Below the pieces are notes generated by a model that worked only from the letters and a program-made list of their open reading frames with translations, searched no databases and was not told where the DNA came from. This document shows, piece after piece, positions 1 through 9,839 of a stretch of DNA of 64,000 nucleotides (its first letter is position 1; each line of letters opens with the position of its first letter). A program made the position numbers and the translations under genes. The stretch covers positions 1,856,001 to 1,920,000 of the forward strand of contig CP051526.1 of assembly GCA_050916045.1 (NCBI GenBank), given 5' to 3'. This DNA is from Tepidisphaera sp. GTDB taxonomy: Bacteria > Planctomycetota > Phycisphaerae > Phycisphaerales > UBA1924.

Positions 1-14
1 GCGGAGGTTCCGTC

Positions 15-2201
15 ATGGGCATTGCTCGTCGCTCTAGCGTGGTTCTGATGATGTGTCTGGCTTCCGGGGCCGCTTCGGCTCAGGTCTTCACGGTGATCGA
101 CTCGATCCCGGCGGTGGGGCCGATTCTCGCGGCGGCTCCCGGACCAAGGCCGACGGCGGGGACGCCGGTGTTCTCGGATCATCCGCGGCTGGTGGCGATG
201 CTGGCGGGAGCGCCGATGCAGGACCTCTCGCGGCCGCTGGGCGAGTATGGCTTGCGTCTGCGGATCCCCGGGCCGACGGGCGCGGAGGTGGAGTGTGTCG
301 TCGCGGAGTCTCCGATGATGGAAGCCGGGCTTGCGGCCCGGTTCCCGCAGATCAGGACGTACATCGTCGCGGCGGTTGACGGGTCGGCGACGGGCCGGCT
401 TGAGGTTTCGCCGCGCGGGATGACCGGGATGCTTCGGACGACGTCGGGAGAAGCGTGGATGATCGATCCGGCGTGGTCGGCGGATCCGACTGTGCTGGTG
501 TCGTACCACATGCGTGATCTGCCGGGCGGGACGGACTGGGTGTGCGACACGCGGGTGCATGAGCACGACCACGCGGAAAGCGAGCCTGCGGGGTTTGATC
601 CGCGCGGCACGCCGGTTCAGGAGCGGCGGACCGTCCGCGTCGCGATGGCGTGCACGGGCGAGTACGGCTTGCACCATTCGACGATCCAGGGCAACTCGCC
701 GAACACCGCCGATCCCCTCGCGGCGATCGTGACGGTGATCGGCCGGACGAACGTCGTGTACGAAGCGGACATCGGCGTGCACTTTGACCTCGTCGCCGAC
801 AACCACCTGGTCGTTTTCTCCAATCCGGACACGGATCCGTACCCGACGACATGCGACGGGCTCGGAGGGTCGGACTGCTCCGGGCCGCTGCTGGGCGCCA
901 ATCAGGGGGTGCTCTTCAACACGTTCCAGAGCAACGGCGGGTATGACCTCGGACACATCGTGACGCGGATCGCGGGGGGCGTGGCGTACCTGCGCGATGT
1001 GTGCGGCGGGGGAGGCGGTGTTTCCGGGATTCCTCGCGGCGGCGATGTCGATCCCTTCTCGGCGCTCGTGGTGATCCACGAGTTCGGGCACCAGTTCGGC
1101 GCGAACCACACGTTCAGCGGGACGCGCGGACGCTGCGGCAACAACGCCCGCCTTGCGAGCGCGTGGGAAGCCGGCTCGGGCTCGTCGCCGATGGCCTACG
1201 CCGGCGGATGCCCGGTCGGGGACGCTCCGCCCTCGGACAACATCGTGCAGTTCGCGGATCCCTTCTTCCACCACGGAAGCATCGAGGAGATGAAAGCCTT
1301 CCTTCCGGACGCCACTTGCATGGGCACGGTCGCGACCGGCAACCACATCCCGGAATTCACGCAGATCACGCCCAACCGCGCGATCCCGCCGGGCACTCCC
1401 TTTACGCTCACCGCGGTCGCGTCCGACCCGGACGCGGGCAGCGTGCTGACGTACTCGTGGGAGCAGTTCGATAACGGGGTGCGGCGTCCGCTCGAGGGGG
1501 AAGGCTCGGAGGACAACGGAGACGGGTCGCTCTTCCGGATCTTCCCGCCGACGACCGCGGGCTCTCGCACGTTCCCCAAACTCGCCGATGTGCGGAGCGG
1601 TGTGCCCACGCCCGGCGAAAAGCTCCCGACCGTCACAGGCGTGACGCGCGACTTCCGCGCGGTCGTCCGCGACAACGACGCGGGGCTCGCGGGGGCGAGC
1701 GTGATCTCGCCGGTGGTCTCGCTCACGATCGCGGGGACGGGCCCCTTCGCGGTGACCGCGCCGACCCAGGGGCAGTCGATCGCGAGCGGAAGCCGCGTCG
1801 TTCGTTGGTCGCGCGGCGGCACGCAGAACGCCCCGATCTCGACATCGCAGGTTCAGATCAGCCTGTCGCTGGATGATGGCCTCACGTTCCCGTTCGCGCT
1901 GGGGCAGTTCGCCAACAGCGGGCAAGCGACGGTCACGCTTCCGAACCGCTCATCGAATGTCGCTCGCATCCGGATCGACCCGGTAGGCAACATCTACTTC
2001 GCGATGTCGCGGCCGTTCACGCTCGTCAATTCCTGCCCGGCGGACTTCAACGCGGACGGGTTCCTGGACTTCTTCGACTACGACGCCTTCGTGACGGCGT
2101 TCGAGACCGGCGAGGGCCCATCCGCGGACTTCAACGGAGATGACTTCGTCGACTTCTTTGATTACGACGCGTACGTCGCGGCGTTCGAAGCGGGTTGCTG
2201 A
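15..2201 (+). CDS. Secreted reprolysin-like (M12B) zinc metallopeptidase with C-terminal GC-type dockerin
   Basis: Signal peptide; HEFGHQFGANH zinc motif; WEAGSGSSPMAYAG Met-turn region; C-terminal CPADFNADGFLDFFDY...FEAGC. Confidence 0.9.
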   Translation: MGIARRSSVVLMMCLASGAASAQVFTVIDSIPAVGPILAAAPGPRPTAGTPVFSDHPRLVAMLAGAPMQDLSRPLGEYGLRLRIPGPTGAEVECVVAESPMMEAGLAARFPQIRTYIVAAVDGSATGRLEVSPRGMTGMLRTTSGEAWMIDPAWSADPTVLVSYHMRDLPGGTDWVCDTRVHEHDHAESEPAGFDPRGTPVQERRTVRVAMACTGEYGLHHSTIQGNSPNTADPLAAIVTVIGRTNVVYEADIGVHFDLVADNHLVVFSNPDTDPYPTTCDGLGGSDCSGPLLGANQGVLFNTFQSNGGYDLGHIVTRIAGGVAYLRDVCGGGGGVSGIPRGGDVDPFSALVVIHEFGHQFGANHTFSGTRGRCGNNARLASAWEAGSGSSPMAYAGGCPVGDAPPSDNIVQFADPFFHHGSIEEMKAFLPDATCMGTVATGNHIPEFTQITPNRAIPPGTPFTLTAVASDPDAGSVLTYSWEQFDNGVRRPLEGEGSEDNGDGSLFRIFPPTTAGSRTFPKLADVRSGVPTPGEKLPTVTGVTRDFRAVVRDNDAGLAGASVISPVVSLTIAGTGPFAVTAPTQGQSIASGSRVVRWSRGGTQNAPISTSQVQISLSLDDGLTFPFALGQFANSGQATVTLPNRSSNVARIRIDPVGNIYFAMSRPFTLVNSCPADFNADGFLDFFDYDAFVTAFETGEGPSADFNGDDFVDFFDYDAYVAAFEAGC

Positions 2202-2209
2202 CCGTCGGC

Positions 2210-2254
2210 GCACGCGAAAGGCGGCCGCGAGTTCGCGACCGCCTTTCGTGCGTG
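2210..2254. terminator. Long hairpin between convergent genes, probable bidirectional terminator
   Basis: CACGCGAAAGGCGGCCGCGA / TCGCGACCGCCTTTCGTGCGTG imperfect inverted repeat. Confidence 0.65.
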
Positions 2255-2279
2255 TGCAATCGTGCTGTCCGAGGCGCGA

Positions 2280-4532
2280 TTACTCGATGTTCAGGTTGGC
2301 GAGCCATGCGCCGAACGACGTCTGCAGGTCGGACTGCCGCTGGCGAGCGGCTTCGATCTGCTTGGCGATCTCGTTCACGCGGGCTTCCTGCTCGGAGAAT
2401 TTCTTGATGTAGTTGGCGTAGAGCTCGGTCGTCTTCTCGATGGCTTTCATGTTTTCGCGGACGCGGGCCTGGTCCTGGGTGATCTCGTTCCGCTCGCGAT
2501 CGAGCTGCTGGATGGTCTGGCCGACCGACTGGATCTCACCCTGCCGCTTCTGCGCTTCGCGGAACGCATCGAGGACGGCCTTGGACGCTTTCCCCTGCGT
2601 GTGGTAGGCGCCCATGGTGGAGAGGTCGTAGTTGAGCAGGGCGAACTGCTGGCTGTAGGTCATCTGCTGCGTGACGGTGAGCGAAGCCTGCTTGGTCGCG
2701 GCCGCGGAAACCTCGAAGCGGTAGAGCGCCTGCGTCGTCTCGATCGGCTTGGCTTCGCTCTTGAGTTCGTGCCCGGGCAGCTTCGCGTGTTCGACGATGA
2801 TCGTACGGTCGTGCTTCTGCGACTTGTTGGAGAAGTCGTACGTGATGTTATTGATGGACAAGCTCGTCTGTTCGAGGAGCCCGTTGACGATCCGGAGCTT
2901 GCGGACGTTCGACGTCGACTCGTCCCGGGTGATCACCGCGACGTCGAGATCCACCGCGTAGGAAACCAGCCGCTTTTCGCCGGGGGCGACGTGCCCGACC
3001 TGGGCGTCGCCCGCGTACGCCGAGCCGTCGTAGACCGAGATCGGGCCGGGGAGGAGTTGGAGGTCCGTCGTGTTCTTGACCTCAAGGCCGCGCATCGGAT
3101 GTTCCGACCCGTCGGCGCTGTTGTAGATCGAGACGCGACGCCCCTCGACGCCCTGGTTGATGATCGGGAGCATCGCCGACCGCTGACGCTCGATCGTCAC
3201 GGGCGTTTTGAGCTCGTACTGGAAGACTTCTCCGGCTTCGACCGCTTGGGCCCGGGCGGCCGCGGCGTAGCCCGCCAGGTCGGAGGCTTCGAGCGCCGGA
3301 GCCGCATCGGCCAGACCGGCCGCAGGCTTGGGTGCACCGGGCGCGTTGCCCGCGTACCCCATCTCTGACCGCTTAGCGCGAGCCGCAGCCGCCCCGCCGC
3401 TGCCTCTGGGATCGCCGGGCTGACCGGGCCGACCCTCGGGGATGCCGTCGTTATCGATCATGACGCCGCCCGCGTACATCCGAGGCGCCACGCCGGGCAC
3501 CGTCGGCACCGGAACCTCCGGACGCGCGACGAAAAGCGGCTCGTACAGGTCCATCTGGAAGCTCACGGGCCGGCCGGACACCAGCGACAGCGTGACATCT
3601 TTCCAATCCTCGTCCGTCGGATTCTCGACGATCGCCCAGCCCTGGAGCGACACTTCGCCCTTCCTCGTGGGCTGCGCGGTCTTGTCGTCCGCGGCGGCTT
3701 TGTCATCGGGCAGGACGATCCGGTAGCTGGCTTTCCAAACCGGCATTTCGTGGATGTAGCCGACAGCGACGTTGCGCGAGCCCGCGCCGCGGAGCGCGAT
3801 CTCGACGGCTTTCGTCCGGTCGGCGCGGTGTTCGGCGAGAGCCATGAGCGCTTTGTTCAGTTCCTCGGCGAGCTCCTTGTCCTGAAGCTGGACCGACGAG
3901 GCTTTCGTGAGGTCAAAGGCCCGGATGCCGCCCGCAGTCACGAGGTTGAGGAAGGCGACCTTGATCGGCTTGCTGTCGCCGCCGGAAGCGACATCGCGGT
4001 ACTCGACGCCGAGGATCGTTCCCGAAGCCGCTCCCTCGGGGGTGGTCACGCTCGCCGTCGCGCCGCGGAGCTTGCCAAGCAGGTCGGGGAGCGTCGGCGA
4101 GTCGGAGATGTCGACGCCGAAGGACGCGAGCCGGCGCGAGAGGGGTTCCTTGCTCGCGTAGCTCACGCCCTCGATCTGTCCGCCCGAGAGGTCGACGACG
4201 ATCATCGACTTCAGGATGTCGTTGATCTGGTCGGTCTTGAACCGAAGCTGGACGTTGGAGTCGCCCTGCACCGCTCCCTGACGGAGAAATGAGCCGACGC
4301 CCGAGCGGTACAGGGTGATTCGGCGGATGTCGAGGTTGTCACCCTTGGCCTGGGCGCCGGCGGCTTTCGCGGCGGCGGGCTGGGCGGTGGGGGAGCTTCC
4401 GGTGAGGCCGCCCTGCGCGGACGCAGAGGTCGCAACGGCGAGCGGCAGGGCGAGGCCAGCCAAGCACGCCAGAGCGGCCAAACGGGACATGCGGCGGGAT
4501 CCATCCAGAGCGGTCGTCATCATCGTCGTCAT
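2280..4532 (-). CDS. Secreted DUF4139/DUF4140-type protein with C-terminal coiled coil
   Basis: ITLYRSGVG, INDILKS, PVWKASYRI, LQGWAIVENPTDEDW, LSLVSGRPVSF motifs; start placed at ATG 4532 after CAGGAG RBS. Confidence 0.8.
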   Translation of the reverse strand: MTTMMTTALDGSRRMSRLAALACLAGLALPLAVATSASAQGGLTGSSPTAQPAAAKAAGAQAKGDNLDIRRITLYRSGVGSFLRQGAVQGDSNVQLRFKTDQINDILKSMIVVDLSGGQIEGVSYASKEPLSRRLASFGVDISDSPTLPDLLGKLRGATASVTTPEGAASGTILGVEYRDVASGGDSKPIKVAFLNLVTAGGIRAFDLTKASSVQLQDKELAEELNKALMALAEHRADRTKAVEIALRGAGSRNVAVGYIHEMPVWKASYRIVLPDDKAAADDKTAQPTRKGEVSLQGWAIVENPTDEDWKDVTLSLVSGRPVSFQMDLYEPLFVARPEVPVPTVPGVAPRMYAGGVMIDNDGIPEGRPGQPGDPRGSGGAAAARAKRSEMGYAGNAPGAPKPAAGLADAAPALEASDLAGYAAAARAQAVEAGEVFQYELKTPVTIERQRSAMLPIINQGVEGRRVSIYNSADGSEHPMRGLEVKNTTDLQLLPGPISVYDGSAYAGDAQVGHVAPGEKRLVSYAVDLDVAVITRDESTSNVRKLRIVNGLLEQTSLSINNITYDFSNKSQKHDRTIIVEHAKLPGHELKSEAKPIETTQALYRFEVSAAATKQASLTVTQQMTYSQQFALLNYDLSTMGAYHTQGKASKAVLDAFREAQKRQGEIQSVGQTIQQLDRERNEITQDQARVRENMKAIEKTTELYANYIKKFSEQEARVNEIAKQIEAARQRQSDLQTSFGAWLANLNIE

Positions 4533-4596
4533 GAGAGTCTCCTGTACGGGTATAGCGCACCTTGTCCGAGTTTGGTTCACGGGTTTGAGACCCGTG

Positions 4597-7500
4597 TTAA
4601 GGCAGGGAAATTCGGAGGGTTACGATCTGAAAGGGCATGAGGTCAAGGGAGGTGATCTGGCCCTGGTGATAACAGCCCTCGCTGCCGTCCCGCTCGCCGC
4701 CTTCTTCCTCGCTGCGTTCAAGTCCGTCCACGAGGATTCCGTCCGCTACGGGAACATTCCAGTGCAGCTCGCAGAGTCCTCGCGCGCCGTGGCATTCATT
4801 GAGCCGAACGATCAGATCGTTCGAGTCTTCCGCACGCTTGATCGCGGCGATCTGGAGTGCGGCCGGGCCAAGCGACTTGATCTGGAAGGGCGGAGTGAGC
4901 GTGGAGCGGTCGGGCGCTGCCGCGAGGGCGAGCGGCGGCGAACGGAGCAGTTCCGCGTGATGCAGGACCGTGGCCGCCCGCCAATCGCCCGCGTGGCGCA
5001 ACAGACTGATCGTGAATTCGTGATGTCCCTCGTCCGCGTGCTCATCAGGAAAGGTCGGAGCTCTCAGCAGCGAGACCCCCCATTCGTGCATTCCGCGGTC
5101 CTGCCAGCACGAAAACCCGAACTTCGAGTCCGTCAGGATCGCCATGCCCCGGCCCCGCTCGGAAAGGTCCATCCACCCTTGCGCCGGGAACTCGAATCGG
5201 GCCCGCTCGTGAGCAGTGTTTCGGTGCGTCGGGCGCGTCAAGTGGCCGAAGTGCGTCGCGTGCGTGCAGGTCGACTGTGGTCCAAGATTGGTCGACCCGT
5301 CGTAGCGAAGCAGCCTGTGCTTCTCGTGCCACTCCACCGCAAACTGCACGTCGATGCGAGGGGAACCCGCGTGAAGAACGATCTTTCGGGTGATAGTGCT
5401 CCGCTCCGAGACCCTTTGTTCGACCTGAATCGTGCATCGAAGCGGGTGGCTTTCGATGATCGCGATGGAAGTCGGTCTCGGCAGCGAAATGGGCTTGTCA
5501 ACGTAGAAGTGATCCACATCCCACGCGTCCCACATGATCGGGCGGTCCTCGTACATCGAGAGTGACGGCGCACTGATCGAGTCGGACTCGGGTCCGCCCC
5601 GAAGCGACACGAACCCGATCTCGCCGTTCACATTGCTCACGCCGAAGGCGACGATGCCGTTGCTGACGTGGATCCCGAACGGTCTGGTCTCGACCGAGAC
5701 GGGCTCGGCGGTCGGTCGGCTCACGATCGGCCCCATTCCCAGCGGCGGCGCGGAATCGACAAACACCGGCTCGCCCCGATGATCGATCACGCCGCGGAAC
5801 GGCCAAGTCGTCGGGTTGAAGACCGACGTGGGAGCGGACGAGTCTCCCGGGGCTGGGATGAAGCGTTTTGTCTCCTGCACGATGAGCCGCTGGATCTCCG
5901 CGTGGTCCTGCTTCGCATCGTCGTACACCCAGCCGATCGACGAGCCCGGCAGGATGTCGTGGAACTGGTTCAGAAGCGTGAGTTTCCACGCCCGATCAAA
6001 CCGGGCTCGTGATTCGGGCGTCACCAATCGGCCGGGCAGGTCGCTCAGCGTCGTGAGCATCTCCGCCAGCCGCAGACCCTGTTCCGCTTGCACGTTCGCT
6101 TTCTTGATCCACGCCTGGCTCGTGAGCGTGCCGCGGTGGATCTCCATGTCGAGCTCGCCGTACCACTGGGGGAACTCGGCTCCCGCGTGGTGCTGGGCGT
6201 AAAGCTCATCGCAGAACGCCGTTGCTGAAGAGAACTCCACCCTCGGCAAGCCGTCGCAGTCCTTCGCAAGTTCCGCGAACCGGATCGACCAATCCGTCGC
6301 CCCGCCGCCGCCGTCGCCGAACCCGAAAGGCTGAAGCCAGATCGGCTCGGGTCGCGCAGGACGCTTGAGGGTGTCGTCGAGCCTCGCCAGACTTGTCGGA
6401 TGCATCGGAACGGATGACTTGTTCCGGTGCGTCGCTTCGCCGCGGCGAAGCTCCTTCGGAGTGTTCGTCGCGTTGTAATCCTGCCCCGGCGTGTTGTGCG
6501 CGAGCACCGACGTTCCATCGATCCCGCACCACCAGAACGTCGTGTACGGGAACGTCGTGTGCTGCCACCAGTGCAGCTTGTTCGTGATGAACGTGTCCAA
6601 GCCGCCGTGCCGCATGATCTGCGGGAGGTTGCCGCCGAACCCGAACGTGTCGGGCAGATACAGGAATCGCTGCTTGCCCTTGTCGCCGAACCGCGACCGC
6701 CACCACCGGTCCGCGTGGAGCATCTGCCGGATGAGCGACTCGCCGCTGACGCAGTTGACATCGGGCTCGATCCACATGCCGCCGCCGACTTCCCAACGGC
6801 CCTCTTCAACGCGGGCTTTGATGCGGGCGAAGAGCTCGGGGTCGCGTTCCTCGACCCAGGCGTAGTGCTGCGTTTGGCTCGCGAGGAACGTGTAGTCGGG
6901 GAACCGCTCCATGTTGCGGAGCTGGTTGCTGAAGGTCCTGAGCACCTTCCGCTTGGTCTCGCGGATTGGCCAAAGCCACGCGGTGTCGAGGTGCGCGTGC
7001 CCGACGGCGAAGCAGCGCGTCGTGCTTCCGCTTGCGGAGCTCGCGAGCGTTCGCTCGAGCGCGGCGAGGGGTTCCGTCAGGTCTTGGCCGGTCGTGTGGG
7101 TGTTCGTGGCGCGCGTCAGGGCCGCGATGAGCTGCTGGGCCCGATTGCTATCCAGCGGCAGCTCTTCAAGCAGCTTGAGTGCGACCGCGTACCGCTGGCG
7201 AAGCTCCCACGCGTGGGGGTCAAAGACCGCGACCTCGCAGCGTTCGAACCGTCCCGGATGCTCCGAAGCCCAGCGGGCGTGGATCTCCGCCGGGTCCCAT
7301 TCGAAGCCGCCCGCTCCAAACGGATGGTTGCACGCGGCTTCGACCAGCGCGTCGATCTTCTCGCCACCCTCCGCTGAATCAGCGAGGTGGTACGCATCGC
7401 GGTTGACATCAAACCCCTGCAGCGCCGTCGCGGGCGTCGCCGAACTCGCATCCAGCCGCCAGAGCAGAGCTTCCGTTCCGGAGGAGAATCGCAAAGCGAC

Positions 7501-7779
7501 GGGCTTTCCCTTCCACGCGCGGGGCACCTCGCCGCGGATGCGGAACCATGCGGTGGACCACTTGGGGCCCCAGTTCCACGGCGCGGCGACAGGGCGGAAG
7601 TTGCGAGCGGCGGCTTGCTCGGCGGTGATCGGTGCCGCGTGCGGGTCGGTGATCTGATGGACCTCGGCGGTGAGCGGCGAGCTTTCGACCCAGATCGCGG
7701 GCTCGATCACGTCGCGGAAGTAGGTCTGGAAGCGGCGGAGGGAGAGGTAAGCGTCGCGGGGTTGCTGATGCTGGGTCAT
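4597..7779 (-). CDS. Glycoside hydrolase family 38 alpha-mannosidase
   Basis: GHAHLDTAWLWP, YLPDTFG, GDGGGG, LLNQFHDILPGSSI motifs. Confidence 0.92.
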   Translation of the reverse strand: MTQHQQPRDAYLSLRRFQTYFRDVIEPAIWVESSPLTAEVHQITDPHAAPITAEQAAARNFRPVAAPWNWGPKWSTAWFRIRGEVPRAWKGKPVALRFSSGTEALLWRLDASSATPATALQGFDVNRDAYHLADSAEGGEKIDALVEAACNHPFGAGGFEWDPAEIHARWASEHPGRFERCEVAVFDPHAWELRQRYAVALKLLEELPLDSNRAQQLIAALTRATNTHTTGQDLTEPLAALERTLASSASGSTTRCFAVGHAHLDTAWLWPIRETKRKVLRTFSNQLRNMERFPDYTFLASQTQHYAWVEERDPELFARIKARVEEGRWEVGGGMWIEPDVNCVSGESLIRQMLHADRWWRSRFGDKGKQRFLYLPDTFGFGGNLPQIMRHGGLDTFITNKLHWWQHTTFPYTTFWWCGIDGTSVLAHNTPGQDYNATNTPKELRRGEATHRNKSSVPMHPTSLARLDDTLKRPARPEPIWLQPFGFGDGGGGATDWSIRFAELAKDCDGLPRVEFSSATAFCDELYAQHHAGAEFPQWYGELDMEIHRGTLTSQAWIKKANVQAEQGLRLAEMLTTLSDLPGRLVTPESRARFDRAWKLTLLNQFHDILPGSSIGWVYDDAKQDHAEIQRLIVQETKRFIPAPGDSSAPTSVFNPTTWPFRGVIDHRGEPVFVDSAPPLGMGPIVSRPTAEPVSVETRPFGIHVSNGIVAFGVSNVNGEIGFVSLRGGPESDSISAPSLSMYEDRPIMWDAWDVDHFYVDKPISLPRPTSIAIIESHPLRCTIQVEQRVSERSTITRKIVLHAGSPRIDVQFAVEWHEKHRLLRYDGSTNLGPQSTCTHATHFGHLTRPTHRNTAHERARFEFPAQGWMDLSERGRGMAILTDSKFGFSCWQDRGMHEWGVSLLRAPTFPDEHADEGHHEFTISLLRHAGDWRAATVLHHAELLRSPPLALAAAPDRSTLTPPFQIKSLGPAALQIAAIKRAEDSNDLIVRLNECHGARGLCELHWNVPVADGILVDGLERSEEEGGERDGSEGCYHQGQITSLDLMPFQIVTLRISLP

Positions 7780-7858
7780 GCCGCCGCAGTGTACGGGCGG
7801 GCCGCTCAGCCCGGGGCAAGACGGCTTGGGGCAGGGCGCGTTTGTGCGGGCGAAAACT

Positions 7859-7895
7859 GGAAAGGGCGCCCCGCGCGAAGCAGGACGCCCTTTCC
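7859..7895 (-). terminator. Hairpin downstream of carboxypeptidase-regulatory-like gene
   Basis: GGAAAGGGCGCCCC...GGACGCCCTTTCC inverted repeat. Confidence 0.55.
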
Positions 7896-7927
7896 GGACA
7901 GTAATCAGTTCTTGCGGCCCGTCCGGT

Positions 7928-9037
7928 TTACCGGAGGGGGACGCGGACGGTTGTGGTTTCGCCCGCGACGACCGCGATTTCGATCCGGCCCGCGCCGACG
8001 CCGCGCTTGGCGGCTTCGATCACGTAGTTGCCGGGGTTGAGATTCGCGAAGGAGAAGCTGCCATCACGGCCGGAGGTCGCCGTCGCGACGACGTTGCCCC
8101 GGTTGAGGATGGTGACGGTGGCTCCGCCGACCACGCCAGCTTCGCTGACCGTCACGCCGCGGACCGCGCCGACGCGGGCGACCGGCTGGATCTCGATCAT
8201 GGCCCGGACCGACTGGCCCGCGACGACGTTGGCCCGGGTCGAACCCTCGCCGACGCCGCGCTTGGACGCCGTCAGGCCGTACGTGCCGGGGCGGAGGTTG
8301 CGGAAGCCGTAGCGGCCCGTCTCGTCCGTCAGCACGCGGGCGATCTCGCCGGTCGAGTCACGAAGCACGACCGTCGCGCCGGGAACCACCTGGCCGTCGG
8401 TCGTCCGGACGAGGCCCACGATGTGGCCGGTCTCAACGACGACCGGACGGAGAGCAACACGAATGCGGGAGACTTCACCGGCGGTCACGACGACCTCGGC
8501 TTCGCCGCGGCCGACGCCGCGCTTCGCGGCTTGAAGGGTGTACGTGCCGGGAGCGAGGTTGCGGAAACCGAACCGGCCATCCTCGGAGCTTTCCGCCCGG
8601 GCGACGACCGTGCCCCGGCGGCTGAGGATGACCTGTGCCCCGCCAATTGCTCCGTCAGCGTTGACCGTGATCCCCGAGATGGCTCCGGGATCGCGCTGGT
8701 CGCTGACCAAAGCGATGCGGACGCTGATGGACTGGCCGGCCCGCAGCGAAACCGCCGCAGCGCCCTGCCCGACGCCTTCCTTCATGGCATGAAGCCGGTA
8801 CCGACCGGCGGCGACGCGGGGGAACGAGAACTCGCCGCTGGCGTTCGTCAACGTTCGAGCGACCGGCCCGGTTTCATTCACAAGGACGACGGACGCACCC
8901 TCGACCGCGGCGCGATCGGCGTACACGACGCCTTGGATCGCCCCGGCTTGCGCGAGGGCGGTGTGGGCGGGGAGCAGCATGGCCATCGCGGCCAGAACCA
9001 GAGAAAGGAGCGACGCAATGGAACCTCGGCGATTCAT
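7928..9037 (-). CDS. Secreted protein of four tandem carboxypeptidase-regulatory-like (transthyretin-like beta-sandwich) domains
   Basis: Signal peptide; 4 repeats GxIxG...GATV...T...G.F.F.NL.PG.Y.L.A.K.G; AAAGGAGAGG RBS before ATG 9037. Confidence 0.82.
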   Translation of the reverse strand: MNRRGSIASLLSLVLAAMAMLLPAHTALAQAGAIQGVVYADRAAVEGASVVLVNETGPVARTLTNASGEFSFPRVAAGRYRLHAMKEGVGQGAAAVSLRAGQSISVRIALVSDQRDPGAISGITVNADGAIGGAQVILSRRGTVVARAESSEDGRFGFRNLAPGTYTLQAAKRGVGRGEAEVVVTAGEVSRIRVALRPVVVETGHIVGLVRTTDGQVVPGATVVLRDSTGEIARVLTDETGRYGFRNLRPGTYGLTASKRGVGEGSTRANVVAGQSVRAMIEIQPVARVGAVRGVTVSEAGVVGGATVTILNRGNVVATATSGRDGSFSFANLNPGNYVIEAAKRGVGAGRIEIAVVAGETTTVRVPLR

Positions 9038-9220
9038 AAACCTCTCCTTTGAGCTATCCAGGACAGCGGAAAAAGGCGGAACGCCCGGCCGGGAGGCCGT
9101 TGACCGAGTCACAACGAGAGCAACAAACCCTGATTGCCTCGACCTCGTGAATTCCCAACGAAACCGTGGGAATCCTTGGGTCTGTACACATGAAAGTACC
9201 CAGAATCGGGTTTCAGAAGG

Positions 9221-9718
9221 TCACCGGGCCCGGCGGGAGGTCGCCCGGTCCAGGTCTCGCTTGCTCTCCCGCTCGGCGATGGACTGACGCTTGTCGTGCG
9301 CCTGTTTGCCCTTGCCAAGCCCGATCAGCACCTTGGCGAACCCATCCTTGAAGTAGATCTTCAGCGGGACGAGCGTGAACCCCTTCTCCGACGTCTGCCG
9401 GGCGAACTTGCGGATTTCCTTCTTATGGGCCAAGAGCAAGCGGGCCCGCTTGGAGTTGATCGGTCGGCCGGAAGCGGGGCCGTAGGGCTCGATGTTGATG
9501 CCGAAGACCGTGAGCTCGGGAGGTTCGGCCTGCGCGCGCACGTAGCCGTCGATGATCTGGACGCGGCCGTCGCGCATTGACTTGACCTCCGGCCCCTGCA
9601 GTTTGATCCCGCATTCGAGCGTGTCCGAAATGAGATAGTCGTGCCGGGCTTTGCGGTTCTCGATGACGCGTGAAGCGTCCGCGTCGTGCTTGGATTTGGG
9701 TCCGGGCTTCTTCGCCAT
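9221..9718 (-). CDS. smpB: SsrA-binding protein SmpB
   Basis: NRKARHDY, ECGIKLQGPEVKS, LLAHKKEI, TLVPLKIYF, GKGK..HDKR. Confidence 0.97.
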   Translation of the reverse strand: MAKKPGPKSKHDADASRVIENRKARHDYLISDTLECGIKLQGPEVKSMRDGRVQIIDGYVRAQAEPPELTVFGINIEPYGPASGRPINSKRARLLLAHKKEIRKFARQTSEKGFTLVPLKIYFKDGFAKVLIGLGKGKQAHDKRQSIAERESKRDLDRATSRRAR

Positions 9719-9839
9719 TGCGGAAGGGTAGGGGACTCACGGGGCCATCCGAAGCTCGGGTCAACGCTCTTCCGGTCTCAGGCGTCACCGCGAGCAATAA
9801 TGCAAGCCCGGGTTTTGAGGTGCGGTGTCTGGAGTCTGC

